From: Candidatus Latescibacterota bacterium
GTDB lineage: Bacteria; Latescibacterota; UBA2968; GCA-2709665
Length of the DNA: 64,000 nucleotides
Direction of reading: 5' to 3'
NCBI GenBank assembly: GCA_965116875.1
Contig: OZ220733.1
Span: forward strand, 2,656,001-2,720,000
Part shown: piece after piece, positions 58,850 to 64,000 of the stretch
Layout of the letters: every line of letters starts with the position of its first letter
How positions within the stretch are numbered: position 1 is the stretch's first letter
Made by a program: the position numbers and the translations under genes
The notes under the pieces: model-generated
Database searches by the model: none
What the model was told of the DNA's origin: nothing
The model's input: the letters and a program-made list of their open reading frames with translations, nothing else

Positions 58850-59653
58850 ATGTCAGTTCAAATTTGCAGACTCTGTAAGAATGAAGGACAACTACAAAAC
58901 TCTCATATATTTCCCCAATTGCTTTCAAAATACCTTCGAAATGAAAAAGGAAACTTTACAAGATATGAGCCCCCACACCCTTTTCAAAAAAACACGAAGT
59001 TCCAGAGGAGAATCAGACAGGATAGCTTTCGTGAATATCTTCTATGTGAAAAATGCGAAGGACTCTTGGGTGAAAACGAGAGGCATTTTAACAATGTTTG
59101 GTATGGTAGTGATCGACTACCAACACGATTTAATGAGAGATATTGGCAATTAAAAAATCTTAACTACACTTCGTTTAGGTTATTTCACTTAAGTATTCTT
59201 TGGCGTTGTGCTATGGCCAAGAATGAAGGCTATGACAAGGTTAGACTTTGTGATCATGCAGGAAAAATCGGTCATTTATTATTAAACAGTAATGCAGGTA
59301 AAGAAGATGAATATCCAATTATAGGACAATTTCTGATCCATGAAGGCGCTATTCTACACGGTTTGATTTCACCTCCCTATCGCTTTAAATATAAAGGGAT
59401 GCACTTATACTTAATTACCTACGGTGGATGTGAATGGTATTTCCCAATTTCAAAAAATAACCGTGCTGAATTTAAAGCTCTACAGTTGAAGTCAGATGGC
59501 AGTCTTATTCTCGGACACATGCCGTTTAAAAGATCTGTTACTTATATTCTTTACAATTATGATGTACGGACTCGTCACAGTGAATTGTTGTTAGAACAGC
59601 ATTGTGGATTAAGCGAAACATACAATGAATGGTTAGCCCGCACGAAATTCTAA
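58850..59653 (+). CDS. Hypothetical protein with HNH-like zinc-binding N-terminus
   Basis: CRLC...SHIFP...LLCEKCE; strongly AT-rich. Confidence 0.65.
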   Translation: MSVQICRLCKNEGQLQNSHIFPQLLSKYLRNEKGNFTRYEPPHPFQKNTKFQRRIRQDSFREYLLCEKCEGLLGENERHFNNVWYGSDRLPTRFNERYWQLKNLNYTSFRLFHLSILWRCAMAKNEGYDKVRLCDHAGKIGHLLLNSNAGKEDEYPIIGQFLIHEGAILHGLISPPYRFKYKGMHLYLITYGGCEWYFPISKNNRAEFKALQLKSDGSLILGHMPFKRSVTYILYNYDVRTRHSELLLEQHCGLSETYNEWLARTKF

Positions 59654-59858
59654 TATTCCCATGATCCTCCGTCTCCTCGCCATAGTGTTTCCCCTCGTCT
59701 CGTGATCCAAATCCCGTGTCATTTTCCTTATTCGGGACACCGTTCGAATCGGTTTTCTAGTCTCCAGCGATCTTTCCTCATGCGCCGACGATGCTCATTT
59801 GGCTGTAGACGAGATCAAACGCCAACGGCGGTCTGCTTGACAATCGACAAAGAAAGTT

Positions 59859-59992
59859 CGGAGTCGCCCCGGTTTTGAAAACGGTTTTAGGCATTGAAAT
59901 CAAGCCTGAGATTGTCGGTCGTTCTCGTAGGTTTCGGGTGAGTGGTAACCCAACGCTGAATGCCTGCGATGTGGATTGTACCACCCCTCCAG
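59859..59992 (-). mobile_element. IS3-family remnant (transposase C-terminus plus degenerate right end)
   Basis: LEGWYNPHRRHSALGYHSPETYE matches the IS3 integrase C-terminal motif; followed by AACCGTTTTCAAAACCGGGGCGACTCCG, an IR-like end. Confidence 0.8.
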
Positions 59993-59995
59993 TTC

Positions 59996-60245
59996 AAGAC
60001 CAATTAATATACAAGACATTACGGACATTGGGATTTTTTCAGTCGTCATTTCCTTCTTTACCATGGAGGCATTTGACATGGCGGGTGCGTTAACCGAAAC
60101 GGTCAGAAAGTGGCAATTCAATCGAGGACTCAAAAAAGGGCGCCGGGAGGCCGAAGAGAGATACGTCAGATGGATAAGAGAGGAAGAAACAAAGGGAACG
60201 ATCTTCAATAGTCCTCCTCCATCCGACAATACGAAGGAGGAATAA
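59996..60245 (+). pseudogene. 3' part of a small membrane-anchored hypothetical gene, apparently 5'-truncated at the IS3 remnant
   Basis: ..IGIFSVVISFFTMEAFDMAGAL..RGLKKGRREAEE..FNSPPPS*; internal GGAGG-ATG at 60078 could still give a 55-aa product. Confidence 0.5.
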
Positions 60246-60693
60246 CGCACATGAAATGGTAGCGGAATCTGGAAACATCAAGGAAAAGAAATCCAGCGTA
60301 TCACAAATGGCCTCCAGGGGCATGATCCCTTGAGGCCATCTCTATTTGGACGTCGCACTGACGTAGAAAGCAAAGGGACATGCGGTATACAACAGGCAAT
60401 GCGCCTTTTCGGACAAGTGAAATATCTGTTCATTTCCCAGACCCGGAATTGTAAGCATCTGTCCCGCTTCAGGCTTCTATTCCTGTCCATCCGTGTAAGT
60501 TTCGGTATCTGAAATTTGACGGATTCACACCCGTCCAAAGCTGTCGTTTCCAAAATACCCCATATCGGACCGGGAATCTTCTCCTTACGGGTCGCCGCAA
60601 AAACTGATTAAACCCTATAGTCGCTACACCGGACACGAGCACCCTGCGACCCAACGGAATCTACCCGCTATCGCTGCATGATCCACCAATATC

Positions 60694-60844
60694 CGGAGCG
60701 AGGGCATCCTGCCCTCGAACTTCGTGTGACCCATCAATACACCTATCAAGGGCTTATTGTTTCCTTCGCATCCGAAATTATATAGAAAATGACGGCTCCA
60801 GATCCGCGCGAATCAGCCGTCGAGGGCAGGATGCCCTCGCTCCG
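60694..60844. repeat. REPIN: perfect 25-bp inverted REP pair
   Basis: CGGAGCGAGGGCATCCTGCCCTCGA (60694-60718) and its exact reverse complement (60820-60844), 101-bp spacer. Confidence 0.85.
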
Positions 60845-61007
60845 AGGAACACCAACCACACTGGTCCCAGGTCGATTTCTGTCTTGGGCAGCATTACCCC
60901 TAAAAAGGCGATCTGAATTGGCGTTACAAAACGATTTTCAAGAAAACCAGGTACTTACGCATCCAAAATCGTCTTTTCCGACTTATCTTGGACAGCAGTG
61001 AAAAGGG

Positions 61008-61646
61008 CTAGAATCTGAACTCGCGATCCCGGATCCGAAATCCAAGGAGCGTCGCGCGTCCCTCCGGGTCGACCTGGACGAGTGCGGCGAAATCCTCAGG
61101 GTGCTTCCGGACGTCTTCGATAATCCGCTCACGCTGCCGTTCCGGGACATCGCAGTAGGAGATTCCGAAGTCCACGAATTCCCGCCATATGGACGCCCAC
61201 GCCACGGCCTCGTCCCTTCCCAGCCTTCCGAAGGGTTTTTCCGCGTGTCCGGTTGCCACCGAATCCGCCACCCACGCTCCCGCGGAGGTCTTGCGCAGCA
61301 GGACGTGAACGGGCATATGGCGACGGGCCGCTTTGCCGCGGATCAGGATGTACCCCGCCGACAATTCTTGCGGCCTTTCCCTCGAGAATTCATCAACAGT
61401 CCACGTGGAATCCGATTGCATGCTCAGTGTGACGTAGACCGTCTCTCCCCTTTTTTGACGGACGTTGAGCCGTGCGACGTCATAGTCCAGTCGGATGCCC
61501 GATCCTCGCATCACATCCCGTAGATTCGTTACTTTCGCGGAAAGCCAGATCCTTTTTCCCGACTCGTCACGGCCCAGGGGCAACGCGGCCAGGATGCCGA
61601 TCTGCACGAGCAGCGCGGCTGCGAACCAGACGTATCTCTTAACCAT
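61008..61646 (-). CDS. GDYXXLXY-family membrane-anchored protein (degenerate motif)
   Basis: N-terminal TM, RDVMRGSGIRLDY, GETVYVTL, IRG, VDPEGRA; overlaps the DUF2157 gene, its usual partner. Confidence 0.72.
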   Translation of the reverse strand: MVKRYVWFAAALLVQIGILAALPLGRDESGKRIWLSAKVTNLRDVMRGSGIRLDYDVARLNVRQKRGETVYVTLSMQSDSTWTVDEFSRERPQELSAGYILIRGKAARRHMPVHVLLRKTSAGAWVADSVATGHAEKPFGRLGRDEAVAWASIWREFVDFGISYCDVPERQRERIIEDVRKHPEDFAALVQVDPEGRATLLGFRIRDREFRF

Positions 61647-62973
61647 TGTCCGCGCCCCCCGGTTTGAGGTGCCGTTCGAACCGGATCCCTCCCAGAATCA
61701 CCCCGATTCCGCAGGCGATGAAGACGAATGACTTGAGGAGCAGGTGGGTCTCCCATTGAATGAAGTTCTGGAAGACGACCCACGCCAGAAGCAGGAGACC
61801 CGTCCAGAAGGACATCCTGCGATGGATCTTGACCGCTGTATAGAGCAAACTCGCGCCGATTGCGGCGACAGACAGGTGGGCCGCGAGAGTCAATCCGACG
61901 GGCTGCATGGTCAACGTGCCACAGGCAAGCAGGACGCCGGCGACAAGTACCGCTTTCGAGCGATGTTTCAGATCGTCCCTCGAAGGCGGTGTCCGAACGA
62001 CTGAGACCCAAACGGCTATTGCCGCCGCGCAGACCAGACCAAAGGGTACCGCCCACAGCCATCCGGTCGAGATCCAGTGGCGTTCCATCAGTTCGGTGGC
62101 CACTTCCCGAAACGACATCATGTAAGCCAGCAGCAGAATCCCGGCCATACCGATACTCCTGGCAATGACTCCCATGAGCCTTACCGATTCGATCCTCTCC
62201 AGCCGGAGACCCAGGCCGTAGAGCAGCGCGGCGACTACCGAAACTGCCAGAACGGCCGGCCAGCCTTCGCCGCTGTCGAAGGCCGCGCAAACCGGAATTG
62301 CCGCCCCCGCCGCCAGGACAAGGCCGGTGAACGCCGACGTGCTGTGACGCTTCAGAAACGGAAGACCCGCAGCCCCGATCACGAGAGGATACCAGCAGAA
62401 CAAATGCGGGTTCCCCTCGGTATGGCCGACGAACCACACAAAGCTCGTGATGCACGTCAGCAACATGCAGGGTCCGCTCATCGTCGCGAAGGCAATGAGC
62501 CCCGTTCCGATCGCCCAGATCCCGAAGGCCCCGTACGGTTCTCCGTGCAGATTGAACATTTGCGCGATCAGTACGACATTGGCGCCAAAGACCAACCCGC
62601 CCAGCACGACGAGGGCCTCCCCCAGTTTTTTTCGGGTCCCGGACACCTTCCAGAGGTAGAACCCCGCGACCTCGAATGCGAGCAGCGTAGTGAATAGGAG
62701 TGCCATTCTCACGGGCACGGGGATCTCTTCCCATCGTGACGCCACGAAGCTGATCGCGCCCCCGCCGATCAGGCAGGCGCCGATCAGATACAGGGCCTGT
62801 ACAACAAGGCCGCCGGATTTCTGGGTCTCCTCGTTCAGCGCATAACGTTTCTCTATCGCGGCGGACTGATCGGAATCGACAACGCCTTCGCTCACCCAGA
62901 CGTCAAGCTCCCGTCGAAGGGTCGTCCGGAAGCCCGGGGACACCCGTTCCCTGCCCGAATCTTCTTCACCCAT
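61639..62973 (-). CDS. DUF2157 domain membrane protein
   Basis: ELDVWVSEGVV, IGACLIGGGAISFVASRW, FGANVVLIAQMFN; many TM helices. Confidence 0.85.
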   Translation of the reverse strand: MGEEDSGRERVSPGFRTTLRRELDVWVSEGVVDSDQSAAIEKRYALNEETQKSGGLVVQALYLIGACLIGGGAISFVASRWEEIPVPVRMALLFTTLLAFEVAGFYLWKVSGTRKKLGEALVVLGGLVFGANVVLIAQMFNLHGEPYGAFGIWAIGTGLIAFATMSGPCMLLTCITSFVWFVGHTEGNPHLFCWYPLVIGAAGLPFLKRHSTSAFTGLVLAAGAAIPVCAAFDSGEGWPAVLAVSVVAALLYGLGLRLERIESVRLMGVIARSIGMAGILLLAYMMSFREVATELMERHWISTGWLWAVPFGLVCAAAIAVWVSVVRTPPSRDDLKHRSKAVLVAGVLLACGTLTMQPVGLTLAAHLSVAAIGASLLYTAVKIHRRMSFWTGLLLLAWVVFQNFIQWETHLLLKSFVFIACGIGVILGGIRFERHLKPGGADNG

Positions 62974-62976
62974 CGC

Positions 62977-63393
62977 CTAATGATCCTTTCCTTCGTAGAT
63001 CCACATCGGTTCCGTTTTGCCGGCTCTCGTGAACCCGCATTTTTCGTAGAAATCGATCGCCCTTCCATCCGCAATCAGCACGTGCTGATGGAAGCCTTCG
63101 TATATAGCCTTCAATCTTCTCATCAATTCCGATCCGATACCCTTTCCCTGGTATTCCGGATCCACCAGCAGGTGCGGATAATAGACAACAAGATGACCGT
63201 CCGAGATGGCGTTTCCCAGCCCGACGAGGCGGCCGCCATCCCACGCCGTCAAGAGAGAGTGTGAGTTCATCAACGCATTGCGAAGGTCATTCGGCTTGTT
63301 CGCTGAGGACCATTCATTGGCTGAATAGAGCCTTAACAGCTCATCCAGGGGAATGTCCCGGGTCTGGCTGTACGTAATTGAAGAGCCGCTCAA
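62977..63393 (-). CDS. GNAT family N-acetyltransferase
   Basis: LLVDPEYQGKGIG, FYEKCGF; TTG start at 63393 inferred from the AAGGA RBS. Confidence 0.9.
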   Translation of the reverse strand: MSGSSITYSQTRDIPLDELLRLYSANEWSSANKPNDLRNALMNSHSLLTAWDGGRLVGLGNAISDGHLVVYYPHLLVDPEYQGKGIGSELMRRLKAIYEGFHQHVLIADGRAIDFYEKCGFTRAGKTEPMWIYEGKDH

Positions 63394-63427
63394 AACGTCC
63401 TTCCCGCTGCAAAGGTGCAACTGACAA

Positions 63428-64000
63428 TCAGTGATTCCATTGCATCATCGCTTCTATTTGGTCGACCCGGTCCCGTACGAATCCCGGGATGCCGTCGCGC
63501 AGCCCCGGGTTGTCCCGTCGGCCGGCCATCCAGACGGCGATCTTCAGTCGGTCTGCGATCAGAAAGGAGGTCAGCATTCGCTCGTGTCCGGCATCGAGGG
63601 GTCGGACGCTTGTGTATCCAAGAAGAAAGGCGGCGCGCAGCGAGGCGAAATCCTCCCGGCTGACCAGTGGACCGAGGGTAGCGCCCATATCGCCGAGATA
63701 GTAGCCCCATCCGCAGTCGTCGAAGTCAAGGGCGCGCGCTTCGCCCCTCAGGAATACGTAGTTCATCTGATGCAGATCCCCATGGATGAGACCGAAGACG
63801 GACGCAGCCTCTCCCAATCGCTCCATTGCAACTCGTGTGCTCGATTCCGCCCTGTCGACGGCGGCCCGTCTTGCCGGATCGAGCACGGCTTTCGCATCCG
63901 CGGTCTTTCCACCGTAGACACCGCCGAGTAAGCCGCCGGCGTCCCAGCGGATGCGCGTGAAGCCGGCGGGCGGCACAAATCCCTCGGCGTGGCAGTGCAA
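63428..64000 (-). CDS. Phosphotransferase (APH/type II homoserine kinase family), 3' part
   Basis: IHGDLHQMN, LDFDDCG; 5' end lies outside the window. Confidence 0.87.
   Translation of the reverse strand: MHCHAEGFVPPAGFTRIRWDAGGLLGGVYGGKTADAKAVLDPARRAAVDRAESSTRVAMERLGEAASVFGLIHGDLHQMNYVFLRGEARALDFDDCGWGYYLGDMGATLGPLVSREDFASLRAAFLLGYTSVRPLDAGHERMLTSFLIADRLKIAVWMAGRRDNPGLRDGIPGFVRDRVDQIEAMMQWNH

Noticed and set aside
58300-59760. Integron cassette array
   Set aside because: No RYYYAAC...GTTRRRY attC sites seen after either gene, and no integrase.
60493-60530. TGTAAG...AAATTTGACGG resembling an IS21-type end
   Set aside because: No partner end or transposase fragment; too weak to call.
1-64000. 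CRISPR array, rRNA, prophage
   Set aside because: No regularly spaced direct repeats, rRNA-like stretch or phage genes seen.

Overview
A 64 kb window of a high-GC bacterial chromosome. Gene content (many heparinase-like, GH-like and Gfo/Idh genes) resembles Latescibacterota/Poribacteria-type, often sponge-associated, genomes; this is inference only. Bases 1-16.7 kb are mostly minus-strand housekeeping and assimilation genes: gltB 5' end, 7Fe ferredoxin, nitrite/sulfite reductase with a HEPN-like tail, moaA, purA, serA, class V aminotransferase, engB, clpX, clpP, tig, and a radical SAM enzyme that looks like a bacterial tetraether lipid synthase (Tes/GDGT-MAS) homologue. Bases 17-41 kb form a large apparently cytoplasmic glycan/uronate catabolic region: four heparinase II/III-like proteins, three GHL10-like paralogues, an enolase-superfamily enzyme, an isomerase and oxidoreductases, with two single-base frameshifts. 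Bases 41-57.6 kb hold an orphan Dam-like methylase and mixed metabolic genes (AKR, AcuI-like, nadE, PurO-like and others). Bases 58-60.9 kb are an AT-rich patch with RDD and HNH-like genes, an IS3 remnant and a duplicated gene fragment. Intergenic DNA carries several repeat families, including three copies of an exactly 162-bp MITE with TNA target duplications, a second dispersed element of about 210 bp, and REP/REPIN palindromes. No rRNA, tRNA or CRISPR array was recognised.
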